Positions 13,032-27,378 of a stretch of 64,000 nt of DNA are shown piece by piece. Under the pieces are notes generated by a model that worked only from the letters and a program-made list of their open reading frames with translations, made no database searches and was not told where the DNA came from. Location of the stretch: NCBI GenBank assembly GCA_951406725.2, contig OX597824.1:47058001-47122000 (forward strand), read 5' to 3'. Positions within the stretch are counted from its first letter, which is position 1, and each line of letters starts with the position of its first letter. The DNA comes from Octopus vulgaris (taxonomy: Eukaryota). The position numbers and the translations under genes are program-made.

Positions 13032-13171
13032 GTAATGCAAAAGGATTTTTACATAGTATATACTAGCATACTTTATCACCCATGTATCAAAGTAATTATT
13101 TACATCTAAACAAGATCTTTGTGTATATAAATTGGGCATAAAATTAAAACTGGTTAACGAGTTTTTTGTTG

Positions 13172-13217
<46 letters not shown>

Positions 13218-13539
13218 CACACCCCGATTGTAAAACTTTCTAGTATTATAGGGGGAAGTGGATTTAGATTCTATAGAGATATTGACTTGACTTCTAAAAT
13301 GAATTATTTTTAAGAAGCCTGTAACTCTGATTCTGTATTATATTGTAAGAAATATGATATGTGACTCTGAAGGATAACTCTTGAGAAAATTTTCGAGAAA
13401 ATTTTTAGTTGCCTTGCTAATTTGATGGTGCCAGTTTCAGAAAAACTCTCAGAAATTTTCTATCGCCTTAAGTTTTTTGTTAAACATGATTTCATTTTGA
13501 CCAAAAAATGTCAATTTTGCCATTAAATGCAATACTGAA

Positions 13540-14805
13540 ATAAAAAACTAACACAAACCAAATAGCACTTTTTATTATTTAACAAATATATTACTCAAAA
13601 TATTTAATTACAACTTGCATCACGACAGTCTCTTTGCAGAGACCAGCAGTAGTCAGCCATCATACTTGTGTTACACCTGCCGCGATACCTATCTTCCATG
13701 CCTTGATGGAATCTTTCTTCTTTCTCATCATTTATTGAACTATGATTTTCAGGGAAGTAGTCCAGATGACCGTGCAGGAAATTCATATTTACACTCATAA
13801 TGCAGCCCAGTGCTCGAAAACTGGTTAACAGGGCCTGCTCTAGTTCTTCATAATTTGAATGTTTCTTGTTTTCCAGAAAATCAGACACAGCTGCAGCAAA
13901 AGCATTCCATACTTCTTTTCCAACACCAAACGTGATCTCCAAAAACTGATCGTCCCGCAATAGCCTTCTAAGATATGGCCCGTCAAACACACCAACCATA
14001 ATTTTCTCGTAAGACAAAGCTGGAAACTTTCTGCTTAAATATTTGAAGCAGTCACTGTCTCAGTGCTTCAACACATGTTTTATACACTGAAATACAAAAT
14101 TCAAGCCAGTTGTCATCTGGGCAAAGCATTTTCAGAATTGTCAACTGCTGCAAAGTAAGCAAATGCAGATTTGTGATTGCAAAGTTCCACAAAGAGCATA
14201 CATACCATGAAGTTCTTTTTACAACTTTTCAGCCATGCTTAACGAAAAGAGATCTTGATCCATGTGACCTCACAATTAAAACATTAAAGGTGCATTCAAA
14301 ATAGCAGTTTTCATAAAAAATAGTTAAAATTTCGACAAAACATTCTCATCTGGTTTTCAATGATAGCCACACTAAATCAAGCAGAGTGTGGGTATATCTG
14401 CAGACAAATTCCACAAATATGAGATATGTATGGTGCTAAGGACCACAGAAATGTGTTGTTTATTAATATCATATTCAAAACTGGTTAGGTTGAAAATAGT
14501 TTGATGCTCTGTATTTAATGAAGATACTTAAAACATGACTTTTGCTTTCATTTTTGTTGTTGCATTTACTTAAATGCTGTTGAAAAACTATATTTTCGAA
14601 GTTATGTCAAACTCCATACATGGGTCTGCGTTTGATATAGCAAACTATATCCTTAGAAATGGTGACAATGCCAGAAATATTGAAAAATGAATGTTTGGGT
14701 TTGGTAAAAATCTTGACGTGATATCATTTTTTAAATCAGTATCCCAAAATTACTTGGAAACATGTCTCCAAAACTTGACAACAAAATAAGCCATGTTCCC
14801 CAGTG
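13540..14805 (-). mobile_element. Chapaev3-like DNA transposon remnant
   Basis: ORF 13604..14017 has GVFDGP..RRL...FLHGHLDYFPEN...DE..ERFHQ...RYRGR...MMADYCWSL, the typical C-terminus of this transposase family. Terminus CACTGGGGAAC on the minus strand at 14805, followed by TAA. Opposite TIR not found. Confidence 0.75.
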
Positions 14806-16436
14806 TAATATGATTGAAAAAGAGATTTTGTAAACGAAACAAAAATATTTTATAATTCAAATTAAGAAAATGAAGTTGAAAAGTGTACCCCCAGTTTTAG
14901 ATATGCAATTATTATATAAATATATTTTTTATTCGAAGAGAGAGAGACGGGAGTTATAATTGGTACCTGGAAGAATTGAGGACCCAGCCAATTGGCGAGG
15001 AAAGAGACAATTTGTCATATAGAAAAGATGTTGTCGACGACACAGTAACTACTGGTGACAATGAGAAAAACAGGACAGAAAGAAGCGGAGGCAGGCTTTA
15101 CAGACATGCGATTGTGGAGAATAATATTCCTTTTTACTATAAGCAACAGACATTAAGGCAAAGCAAACATCTCAAGTCGTATATAATATTATTATTGGAA
15201 AAAATTCAAATTCTTAGTTATTTGATTTTTATCTTTTTATCTTTTTGGTGAAAGGTGCTAGCCGTTTACATTGACCCCACTACTTAACTAGGGCTTATTT
15301 TATCAACCTCGAAAGGATGAAAAGTAAAGTCGACCGCTGCAAAACTTGAGCTCAAAACGTAAAAGTGGCCGAAAAACCGATAAGCATTTTGTCCGGCATG
15401 CTAGCATGCTAAAGATTCTGGCAGCTTGCCTTATTGAGAATAACGATTTCGAGTTTTGACACAAGGCCAAGTTTGGGGAGGGGTTAAGTCGATTATATTG
15501 ATTCCAGTACTCAACTGGTACTTATTTTATCGACCCCCAATGGATGAAAGATAAAATCGACCTCAGCGGAGTTTGAACTCAGAACGCGAAGACGGTCAAA
15601 ATAGCACTAAGCATTTTGCCCGGCGTACTAACGATTCTGCCTTCTCGCCACCTTATTATAAAGAAAAATATTGAAACTGGAATAGAGCTTTTGTTTGCGG
15701 AAGGGAAACGATCTGAAATCTAAATAATATAATTACAGTAAAAAGTAAACCCTTAATTTCAACCTGCTTCAATGTATGTTTTTTGTGATATGGCTATCCT
15801 TAATTGATTATCGATTTGAGATACTAGTTTTCTCGACGTTTCCTAGTGTAACTGAAATCTAGAGAATATATAGAATTTATTCCAAAATCTGAGCTGACAG
15901 ACAGATACCAATCTAATTGAGACTATGGTAAATCTTTGACTCTTCAGGAACTCCTATCAATCGCTCTTGTTAAATGGATGAGAGGAAATTGTCCCGACTC
16001 CTAGATATCATGTAAATCTTTTGCAAGAAAATCTCTGCGAGAAAATGGTGAATCGATGCAGCAATATACTGTCTTTGAGGCATAATGAAAACTTTGCAGT
16101 CAATGTGCAGATATTGATCTGGTGAATTTTTTATCTTGATTTTGAACTCAGCATTTACTATCAATATTTTGCAATGCAAAATAATTTCTTGTCTTACAAG
16201 ACGCGCTCTCCGGGCATCAAGTTATTCTCTTCTGTTAGATGCTCTTGGGATGATAGAACTAATGTAAGCAATTTACATTGTGTGTTTATATTAGTCTATA
16301 GCTCGGAGACTAATGTACAAACGATATTGTCATGTCATCATACGAATAAAAAAGTATGGTAAGCTGACTAAATCATTTTCGTGTATGGGATAAAAATTCA
16401 AATTTATGTTGAATTCATATATTTTTTTATTTTCAG

Positions 16437-16604
16437 TAACTACAACCCAGAAAATTGACATATTCATTGAATGCCTTTACAACGGAAAAACATACCAATA
16501 TGGGCAGACGTTTTTAGCTGTCGACAAATGTAATAAGTGCAGTTGCATGACCAAAGGAAGTATAATTTGTTCCCAAAAGAAGTGTCTGTCTTCAGCAGCT
16601 CAAG
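16437..16604 (+). CDS. Exon 4: six-Cys module
   Basis: tattttcag|TA...CAAG|gtaaca; 168 bp; (V)TTTQKIDIFIECLYNGKTYQYGQTFLAVDKCNKCSCMTKGSIICSQKKCLSSAAQ. Confidence 0.92.
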
Positions 16605-19002
16605 GTAACACTAAACAATATTTTTTTTAAAAACAGAATGTACTCAGCATTATATGTTGATATTTTTATCAACGTATTATATGAAATACCTTCTAAACTA
16701 TCAAACCCCATTATATTTCTCTTCAGAATCTCTAGTAATATAGATTTGATTATTAGGATATGCTATCGTCTAAAAAGACCCGTGGCTAATATCATGTTTT
16801 AAGTTATAACAAATCTGATATTCGATTTGAGCTGGAGGTAGAAACTTAAATTGGAATAGTGGTTCTCAAAGGGAAACAACTGTACTCGAAATCTAAGAAT
16901 TGTATAATGTACCATTTTTAATGATTATGTGCGTTTTTTTAGTTTGTTGTACTTTCGAGCTACTAGTTTTCTCGACACTTTGCGAATGTTATGTTAATCT
17001 CTAACCAGATGGTTATGCTATATTATGGTCGTCATTTTCCTTATCTGTCGTCATTTTCCTATTATCTGTAGATATTTAGCTGCAATACTAGGAAACGAGA
17101 ATATTGAGATTAGTTCACGATTTGTGCCTTTTATGCCCTGTCTGTGGCTGACATCTACCAACAATATCAGTAGAAAGGTAGATGCCTTTATAGTGTCCCA
17201 GTGACAGAGTCCTTTGCTTCAGTGTTATGGAATTTAAATTGGATAAGTGATAAATTTCGTCACCGCTAATTATGACGTCGATCTATCTCAATAATCTTTT
17301 CTACTCTAGGCACAACGCCCGAAATTTTTGGGGAGGGGGCCAGTCGATGAGGTCTACCCCAGTACACAACTGGTATTTAATTTATCGACCCCGAAAGGAT
17401 GAAAGGCAAAGTCGACCTCGGTGGAATTTGAACTCAGACCGTAAAGACAGACGAAATACCTATTTCTATTTCTTTACTACCCACAAGGGGCTAAACACAA
17501 AGGGGACAAATAAGGACAGACACACAAATTAAGTCGATTACATCGACCCAAGTGCGTAACTGGTACTTATTTAATTGACCCCGAAAGGATGAAAGGCAAA
17601 GTCGACCTCAGCGGAATTTGAGCTCAGAACGTAGCGGCAGTCGAAATACCGCTAAGTATTTCACCCGGCATGCTAACGTTTCTGTCAGCTCGCCGCCTTC
17701 GATCTATCTCAATAAAAATGAAGGATGAACTGAGAAGTTGAATATTAACTTAACTTCCCCGTCGGTTGGATTGAACAGGTAACTCAAAAGGTACAGCCTT
17801 GTCATGTGCTATATCACGCTGATTCTACTTAAGTATTATTTCAAGGACACATGTATCTGTAGGATGCTCAGCAACTTATACAGTAAATCAAGATCAGAAA
17901 TTAATCAAGAAATAAAGCTGAATCCTCGTTTTAAACGACGGGGATCCACAATCGAATCCGCTCAATGGTTTGAAATTAAAATCCTTATTTGTGGAGGAGA
18001 TTCGAGATATATTGTAATCTAAATGCCAATATTGTAATGAGAAACATTTAGAAAATATGAGACAATGGTATTTCAATGAAAAAGATAAGTTCTTGATAGT
18101 GTCTGTTCACATAAGCTAGTATCGTTATGTATCTCTTTCAATGAAAAGTAAGTTTGTGGTGAGTGTCTATTCATATGAGCCATGTCATTATAGGGAAAAG
18201 TCCTTTTATAAAGACTGCTGCTTTCTCTATTTGTTGAAAGACATACAGAAACACGCTCACTAACAGAGAGAGGGGGAGAGAAATACACAAACACGCACAC
18301 ACATGAATGAATACACACGCAAACAACCCCTAAAATAACTATATGTATTATATATCTACATATAGTTATTTTTGGGAAGTTTGTGTTGCGTTGTTTTGAC
18401 AGGCTCGCACTTAAAATTTCCGCGTTTTTAATCAAAACCTGTTAGTTAATGTGGTGTTACTATGGTTACGATGGTGTTACTATAGTTACTTTGTTAGTTA
18501 GTGTCGTTACTATGGTGACAACACTACTGATCTATCTATCTTTCACACACATGCCCTCTCTCTCTCTCACTCACACACACACACACAGTATTTTCTCTCA
18601 ACGACAAATTTTTCTCTTCCTCTTTTCTCTCTTAAATATACGTCATGGCAGATTTATCTTACCTTTTGATACCCCCTTCTTCCCTCCCTTTACAAATATG
18701 TTGTTATGGACAGACAGATGAAGATCAGGTTCTCTTATAATATAAGATTTATATGAGCTGTGCTCTCTTAGTGTCACCGATTCATAATAATTTAAACGCT
18801 GTGCCGCAATGTTACGTGTTCTTTGGACCATAAACAAATGTAAACAATTTAGTTTGCATGTTCTTTACGTTATTATCTGAGACAGTAAAAACATATGTAC
18901 TCATATTTCATCATACATATATATCGTCGTCATATATATATATATATATATACACTCACCTTTACTCATATCTCCTCATTACATATATCGTCATTTGTGT
19001 GT

Positions 19003-19093
<91 letters not shown>

Positions 19094-19212
19094 CGTGTTA
19101 CCTCACCACCATACATATAAAAATGTAGTAAGACAAACAAATATCTTTGTTGGTGGGGTGATCTTCAAATTTGTTTTCTAATTCGTACTCAAATGAAACT
19201 CTTTTCTTTCAG

Positions 19213-19374
19213 AAACCACAACACAGAAGATCGACATCTTCGTAGTATGCCGCTACAATGGTCAAATATTCAAATTTGGGCAAACATTCACAGCTATAGA
19301 TAAATGTAACAAGTGCATCTGCAAGCGCAAAGGAAATATAGTGTGTACTAAAAATACATGCCTTTCCGCACAAG
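19213..19374 (+). CDS. Exon 5: six-Cys module (absent from ORF track)
   Basis: ttctttcag|AA...CAAG|gtaata; 162 bp; (E)TTTQKIDIFVVCRYNGQIFKFGQTFTAIDKCNKCICKRKGNIVCTKNTCLSAQ. Confidence 0.92.
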
Positions 19375-20415
19375 GTAATATTTATGAAAAAGGATGTACT
19401 CAACATTATATGATAATCTGGATCACAGTTTTAAAACTATTGTTTGCATCTAAATGAAAATATTTTGTATTCAAAATTTGCATAAAATATAAAATGTATA
19501 AAAATGGTAGCACAACCTGATACACATTGTAAAATTGTCCTGGATCTTATTTCTTTCTAGAACCTTATATAGATTTGATTAATAGGATGTGTTAGCATCT
19601 TCAAATACTTTCAGGTAACGATTTAGTTTTACTTACTTTACATTCTGAAATGCGACTGTGAAGAATAATATTTGGATTAGGATAGAGGTCTTGAACAATA
19701 GAAATTTGTTTGTAAGCCACAATTAAGAAAACAAAAAGGAAAGAATTTTTTCTCGATACCTCCTCATTAGGGGTATGCCAGCCCCTAACATCATGTTCAT
19801 GCAATGTTCTGAGAAAATGAGGATTTTAATGCATTCTATAATTGGACACGGTGTTAAATACTTACCGTGATCTCTATAGACATCTACCTGAGATAGTATA
19901 AAATTTAATATTGGTTTCAAATTTTGGCACAAGGCCAGCAAGTTCAAGGGAAGGAGTAAGTCGATTACATTGGCCCCCTTATTCAGCTGGTACTGATTTT
20001 ATCTACCCCGGAAATAGGAAAGGTAAAGACGACCTCAGCAGAATTTGAACTCAAAACATAAAGACAGACGAAATGCCGCTAAGCATTTTGTCCGACGCGG
20101 TAACGATTCAGACAGCTTGCTGCTTTTACTATAAAATCTAATATTACACCGAATTTATGGTTTCTGCCATTTTTCCTTAGTCTGTGATAAAACAACTACC
20201 AATCATATCGACAGTAAGGCGCCTCTTAGAGTCTCCATGAGCTTCAAAACAGAGATCCTTCGCTCTAGTTTTATGATATTAGATGAACGAAACATAAATT
20301 TCTACTGCCCTTATACTTGATGCCAACTAATGCAAATGACGTTTTGGCTTGTTATATGAAGGTCATTTCTCCAGGACACATTGGAATATGAACTTAATAT
20401 ATGTGTGTTAGTAAT

Positions 20416-20475
<60 letters not shown>

Positions 20476-20870
20476 CTCTTTCACTCTTTTACTTGTTTCA
20501 GTCATTTGACTGCGGCCATGCTGGAGCTCCGCCTTTAATCGAGCATCTCGACCCTGGGACTTATTCTTTGTAAGCCCAGTACTTATTCTATCGGTCTCTT
20601 TTGCCGAACCGCTAAGTGACGAGGACATAAACACACCAGCATCGGTTGTCAAGCAATGCTAGGGGGACAAACACAGACACACAAACATACACGCACACAT
20701 ATATATATACATATATATGACGGGCTTCTTTCAGTTTCCATCTACCAAATCCACTCACAAGGCTTTGGTCGGCCCGAGGCTATAGTAGAAGACACTTGCC
20801 CAAGGTGGGACTGAACCCGGAACCATGTGGTTGGTAAGCAAGCTACTTACCACACAGCCACTCCTGCGCC
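20476..20870 (-). repeat. tRNA-derived SINE with internal microsatellite (CORE-like, third family)
   Basis: Shared blocks CTACTATAGCCTCGGGCCGACCAAAGCCTTGTGAGTGGATTTGGTAGA and GATAGAATAAGTACT...CAGTCAAATGACTGAAACAAG. Other copies at 32915-33390(+), 34830-35070(+), 39810-40470(-), 42975-43170(-), 55040-55470(+), 55600-56015(+). Confidence 0.75.
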
Positions 20871-21050
20871 TGCACTTCATTCAGCTTGATGTTCTTATTT
20901 GTGGAATAAAATCAAGATGATCTCTAACACTATCGTAAATTCATTGCAAAATAATTCTCAGAAAATATTCTTTGACTATTGATCGAAAGTGACGGATATT
21001 ACTCAAAGCCATCTCCCTTGTTTGTTTGTTTCCTTATTCTTTTTTGACAG

Positions 21051-21233
21051 CTCCACGTTCGACAACCACTGCGAAACCATTCAAACTCCACACGAATACT
21101 GTTTCTTGTGTATATGAAGGTTACGTCTACACAGTGCATGCTACTTTCCTTGCCCGAGATGGCTGTAATCAGTGTTCTTGTATGTACAACGGCAAGGTAC
21201 TTTGTACCAAGAAACCATGCTCAATATTTTCAG
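21051..21233 (+). CDS. Exon 6: six-Cys module
   Basis: ttttttgacag|CT...TCAG|gtatat; 183 bp; (A)PRSTTTAKPFKLHTNTVSCVYEGYVYTVHATFLARDGCNQCSCMYNGKVLCTKKPCSIFS. Confidence 0.9.
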
Positions 21234-22335
21234 GTATATTTTGTTACTTTTATTGGAATGTTGTTAAATATTATAATATATGGAAAGGCAGTGAGCTTGC
21301 AGAATCGTTAGCACGGGAAAAGTGTTTAGCAGCATTTCGTCCATCCTTACGTTCTAAGTTCAAATACCGCTGAAATCAAATTTACCTTTCGTCCTTTCGG
21401 GGCTGATAAAATAAGTACCAGATGGGCACTGGGATCGATGTAATCGACTTCTCACTTCCCCCGAAACTGCTGACCTTGTGTCAAGATTTGAAGCCAATAT
21501 CATAATACATAGAAGATGATTATCCTTGAATAAAACGTCTGTCATCTACACTTTTATTGAAGGGATATTAGCATTTAAAAAGGAAAGATCATTTATCTAG
21601 CTCACTCGCTAATCAATTTATTTAACATTTTATATTAGTATTTTCAATTTCAAAATCTATAATTCCATTATTGACAATCAAATCGACCTGAGACTAATCA
21701 GAAGACAAGACAGACTTGGAAGCCTATCTTTACTGTCACTGAAAATGAGTCTCATTTCGTGGACCACAAACAAATTATGTCCAGTGATAGAATTAGAAAA
21801 TGACATCCCAGTTTGTAAATTTTGAAGAGCATTTCTCGCAGATTGCAGACATATTTCGTAGAAAGTTTAACTTGTACACTATAGTATAATTTTTTTTTTT
21901 AATAGTTGATTCTTACATTTCCCGCTAAGTAAATGATACGTTGTGACATCTACGTCCTTCTGTTGGGCATCAGAATGTAAATAAATGAAAATCGCTTCAG
22001 ATAAATTGAAACAGTCTCACAATTCGGCTCACAAATCTTACTTCTCTCCTACAACATTCCTTTTCTTATGTAAATGTATTCTTTAAAAATTAGGGAAAGG
22101 AAAACTGCGACGTTTTTCAATTGTATTGGAAATATAAGTAAAACATTTTAGTTTTACTTATATTCTGCAAACTAGTCAGCTGTGACTGACAAATGTTTAG
22201 CAAGGTATCTTCAAAGTGCTCTTCCAACCTTCTCCTTTAATCCAGAATATCAAAAGTTAGCAGGTCAGCTTATTAAATGTATAGTAATGATATACTAAAA
22301 TTATAATAATCTGGAATGCATCTCGGGCACACACG

Positions 22336-22400
<65 letters not shown>

Positions 22401-22496
22401 CAAAGGGTAAAATTGATTAATTCAGAAGTAATCAAATTTCACCAAGTAGAATTCGGCATGAAAAAGGAGCATTTCACGGTAAACTTAAGTAATACT

Positions 22497-22788
22497 TTAT
22501 AATTAGGGTTCAGCAAAGATTTGCTTTACCACATACCGAAGTTTAGAAATAGCAGCCAAAAAATCTTAGCTATTTCTTCTACTTTAAAAAGGGACTCCCA
22601 GAAAAACCAAAATACTTAAAAACAATCCACGCAGGTAGAGAGGAAAAATAACGAAAATCAATCTATATCTGGTCACCCATGTACGCGTTTTGGAATTAGA
22701 TCGGTGTCTAATAGCTAATGTTTTTTGGGCTGCTATTTCTAAACTTCGGTATGTGGTAAAGCAAATCTTTGCTGAACCCTAATTATAA
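22497..22788. repeat. Inverted repeat (about 78 bp arms), Penelope-like tail-to-tail remnant
   Basis: TTATAATTAGGGTTCAGCAAAGATTTGCTTTACCACATACCGAAGTTTAGAAATAGCAGCC (from 22497) is the reverse complement of the block ending 22788. Confidence 0.75.
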
Positions 22789-23173
22789 AATATATATGGA
22801 TGGAAGCACTCCGTCGGTTACGACGACGAGGGTTCCGGTTGATCCGATCAACAGAACAGCCTGCTCGTAAAATTAACGTGTAAGTGGCTGAGCACTCCAC
22901 AGACACGTGTACCCTTAACGTAGTTCTCGGGGATATTCAGCGTGACACAGAGAGTGACAAGGCCGGCCCTTTGAAATACAGTTACAACAGAAACAGGAAG
23001 TAAGAGTGAGAGAAAGTTGTGGTGAAAGAGTACAACAGGGATCACCACCATCCCTGCCAGAGCTTCGTAGAGCTTTAGGTATTTTCGCTCAATAAACACT
23101 CACAACGCCCGGGTTGGGAATCGAAACCGCGAGTCCGTTGCCCTAACCACTAGGCCATTGCGCCTCCACTAAA

Positions 23174-23998
<825 letters not shown>

Positions 23999-24276
23999 TG
24001 AATGGGGTGGCCTTGCCTTGTTTCTCCTCTCTAAAAATGCAACATTCGTGAACTGCATTTAAAACGTTTTCAAGACAGCATTCCTCTACTACGAGTGTAT
24101 GGATCATATTATGTGCGCATGTATGTATATATGTCTGTGTGCGTGTATGTGTGTATGTATTGCATTTCTATCTACCCTCATAAACCATCAGCCGTTTCTT
24201 TTATTGCTCAACCACTTCCTTCTTTCATCTTCTTTACTTTTCTATACTTTTCTTCTGATGAAGTTATATCTATATA

Positions 24277-24913
24277 CTAGCAGTATCGCCCGGCGTTGCT
24301 CGGGTTTGTAAGGGAAATAACTATATAAGCATTTTTAGAGAGTTATAGCCAAAAAATAGCAAAAAATGCATTAAAAATGGAAAAAATATGATGGTAAATT
24401 TTTTGAAAAATCGTTGACTCATCGTAGACATTTTTAGAGAGTTACTTCCCTTATATAATAGCGAAAAAATGCATTAAAATGGAAAAAAAACGATGGTAAA
24501 TTTTTTTTTAAATCGTAGACTCATGTAGACGCTTTCTTAGCCATTTCTGTTTTAGTGTCTTCAAGCCATGAAGTCGTTGTTCTAAAAGAACACTGGTCTC
24601 CTTGACAACGCATTACGACGTTGATTTCCTTACACTCCCTTCCCCACAGGTGCAGGTGTGAGCGTGGACGCCAACTCCGCCGCCATCGACACACGAAAAA
24701 TTATGCATTAAAATGGAATAAAAAATGATGTTAAATTATTTTTAAAATCGTAGACTCATCGTAGACGCGCGCTAATATTCAGACGGGCTCGATATGAATC
24801 ACGACTATAAGCTACCCGAATTTGGTTAAACTGTACCGCAAAATGTGGGAGTAGTTAGGAATCTAAATCGAAGGGGACAGACACTCACACAACTACAGTT
24901 TTATATATATAGA
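24277..24913 (-). mobile_element. Non-autonomous Helitron (family B), complete
   Basis: Minus-strand 5' TCTATATATATAAAACTGTAG at 24913; 3' hairpin CCCGAGCAACGCCGGG and CTAG at 24280-24277. Confidence 0.85.
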
Positions 24914-24929
24914 TATACATAGCGCAGTA

Positions 24930-25320
24930 GTGGTGAGATATGACAGCAAAGAAAAGCAAACATTCACTCTCTGCATGCAATTAGACTCGGAAAGTTCGTG
25001 AGGAACCCATTGACCCAATTTGCTGACTTTTCCGATAGCACACAGGTGTCAATGAATGGTTGAATGACCAAATCCAAGCTTCTCTGCTAGTTCCTCAACA
25101 GTTACGATGATATTTTGTTCCACCAGGGTTTTCAGGATGTCCTTGTCGAGTTCTACAGATCTTTCAGGATGAGGCTCGTCTTCTAGGCTGTAGTTTATGG
25201 CTCGGGATTTCTGGAACCACCATTGACACTGCCTTACGCTTATTGTCCAATCCCCATATACTGCATTAATATTTCTTGTACTTTGCACACATTTATATTC
25301 TGTTATTCTTTTATATGTTT
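24930..25320 (-). mobile_element. Mariner transposase fragment (N-terminal HTH region)
   Basis: NINAVYGDWTISVRQCQWWFQK...SLEDEPHPER...TVEELAEKLGFGHSTI; aligns by eye with 59560-59925 of the full-length mariner. Confidence 0.85.
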
Positions 25321-25799
25321 CAGCCTTGAGGTTGTGGCCATGCTGGATCATGTGTGTGTGTGTGTGTGTGTGTGTGTCTATCTGTCTGTCTGTCTGTATG
25401 TATATATGTATATGTATGTGTGTGAACAATAATATTTTCAACAGATGTGTTGCAAATGTATCTGATTGTTCTCAAGCTTCAATACTGTGTGTGTGTATGT
25501 GTGTGTGTCTATGTATGTATGTATATGTATGTATGTATGTATATGTATGTATGTATGTATGTATGTGTGTATGTATGTATGTGTGTGTGTGTATGTATGT
25601 GTGTGTGTATGTGTGTGTGTGTATGTGTGTATGTATGTATGTATGTATGTATGTATGTATGTATGAGTGTATGTTTACTTTATTACTAATTACTCTCTTC
25701 CAAGAACATTTTCACTCACTCTTAGCTCTTAGCTTCCCATACATTTTACTCATGTATCTATCAGCGTCATAGACAGAATACTTTCACTTTAGTCTTCCT

Positions 25800-26089
25800 C
25801 AAATCACTCTGTCGCTATTTACTTTCATTTTATTCGTTGCCCACTGTGTGTGTGCGTTTGCGTGTGGTGTAAAGCAGACTAAGAAAAGCATTTGACACAC
25901 ACACCAGAATGTGAGTTTTCTGTAAATTTTGCTTAATTGGAGTTTAAATTTTAAAAACTGGACCTGGCATGACGCGATGCATTGTACTCTTAAAAATGCT
26001 AGGTAAATTGTAATTGAAGAAATCCTATATTGTAGATTTGTATAACTCCCAAAGGGAGGCAGATAAAATCTGCCTTTTATAATAAGAGA
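25800..26089 (-). mobile_element. 5' portion of a different Helitron (family C)
   Basis: Minus-strand start TCTCTTATTATAAAAGGCAG at 26089, sitting at an A|T junction. Inner boundary approximate. Confidence 0.55.
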
Positions 26090-26986
26090 TATAAAACTGT
26101 AGTTGTGTGAGTGTCTGTCCCCTTCGATTTAGCTTCCTAACTACTCCCACATTTTGCGATGCAGTTTAACCAAATTCGGGTATCTTATAGTCATGATTCA
26201 TATCGAGCCCATCTGAGTATTAGCGCGCGTCTACGATGAGTCTACGATTTTAAAAATAATTTAACATCATTTTTTATTCCATTTTAATGCATAATTTTTC
26301 GTGTGTCGATGGCGGCGGAGTTGGCGTCCACGCTCACAGCTGCACCTGTGTTGCTTCTCCCTCTTCTTCCCTCCCTCGTGAAGCTGTGGGGAAGGGAGTG
26401 TAAGGAAATCAACGTCGTAATGCGTTGTCAAGGAGACCAGCGTTCTTTTAGAACAACGACTTCATGGCTTGAAGTCGCCAAAACAGAAATCGCTAAAAAA
26501 GCTGAAACAGATCCACAAAAACGGCAATTACCGCCACACAGGGCAGGTTTCCTGTGCAAACAATTTGCACAACCGAATGTTTTAGTTGTTGCACAAATCT
26601 TTATATATAAAAGTAAGGTTGTGTGTCTGTCTCCTACGATTTAGATTCTTAACTACTCCCACATTTTGCGGTGCAGTGTAACCAAAACCGGGTATCTTAT
26701 AGTCGTGATTCATACGAAGCCCTTCTGGGTATTAGCGCGCGTCTACGATGAGTCTACGATTTAAAAAAAAATTTACCATCATTTTTTATTCCATTTTAAT
26801 GCATTTTTCGCTATTATATAAGGGAAGTAACTCTCTAAAAATGTCTACGATGAGTCAACGATTTTTAAAAAAATTACCATCATTTTTTATTCCATTTTTA
26901 ATGCATTTTTTGCTATTTTTTTGCTATAACTCACTAAAATAGTTATTTCCCTTACAAACCCGAGCAACGCCGGGCGATACTGCTAG
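26090..26986 (+). mobile_element. Tandem non-autonomous Helitron (family B): two 5' ends, one 3' end
   Basis: First 5' end is split (24269-24276 plus 26090 onward); second 5' end A|TCTTTATATATAAAAG at 26598; 3' hairpin CCCGAGCAACGCCGGG and CTAG|T at 26986. Confidence 0.85.
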
Positions 26987-27171
26987 TGATGTATAAAACA
27001 TGTAATATACAAATAAATATCTGTAAATATAAAACCATCCGAATATCTGAGTACCTCATTTCTTCTAATATAAAATACCTGTACATCATCTCCAAACGTT
27101 CCTATATATATATGCATATATATATATATACATATATATATACATATATATATATATACATATATATATAC

Positions 27172-27256
<85 letters not shown>

Positions 27257-27378
27257 AACGTTTGGAGATGATGTACAGGTATTTTATATTAGAAGAAATG
27301 AGGTACTCAGATATTCGGATGGTTTTATATTTACAGATATTTATTTGTATATTACATGTTTTATACATCATATAACTT
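26987..27378. repeat. Palindrome: 116-bp arms around a (TA)n core
   Basis: 26987-27102 is the reverse complement of 27255-27370 (the ORF track shows the same peptide on both strands); core 27103-27254. Confidence 0.92.
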
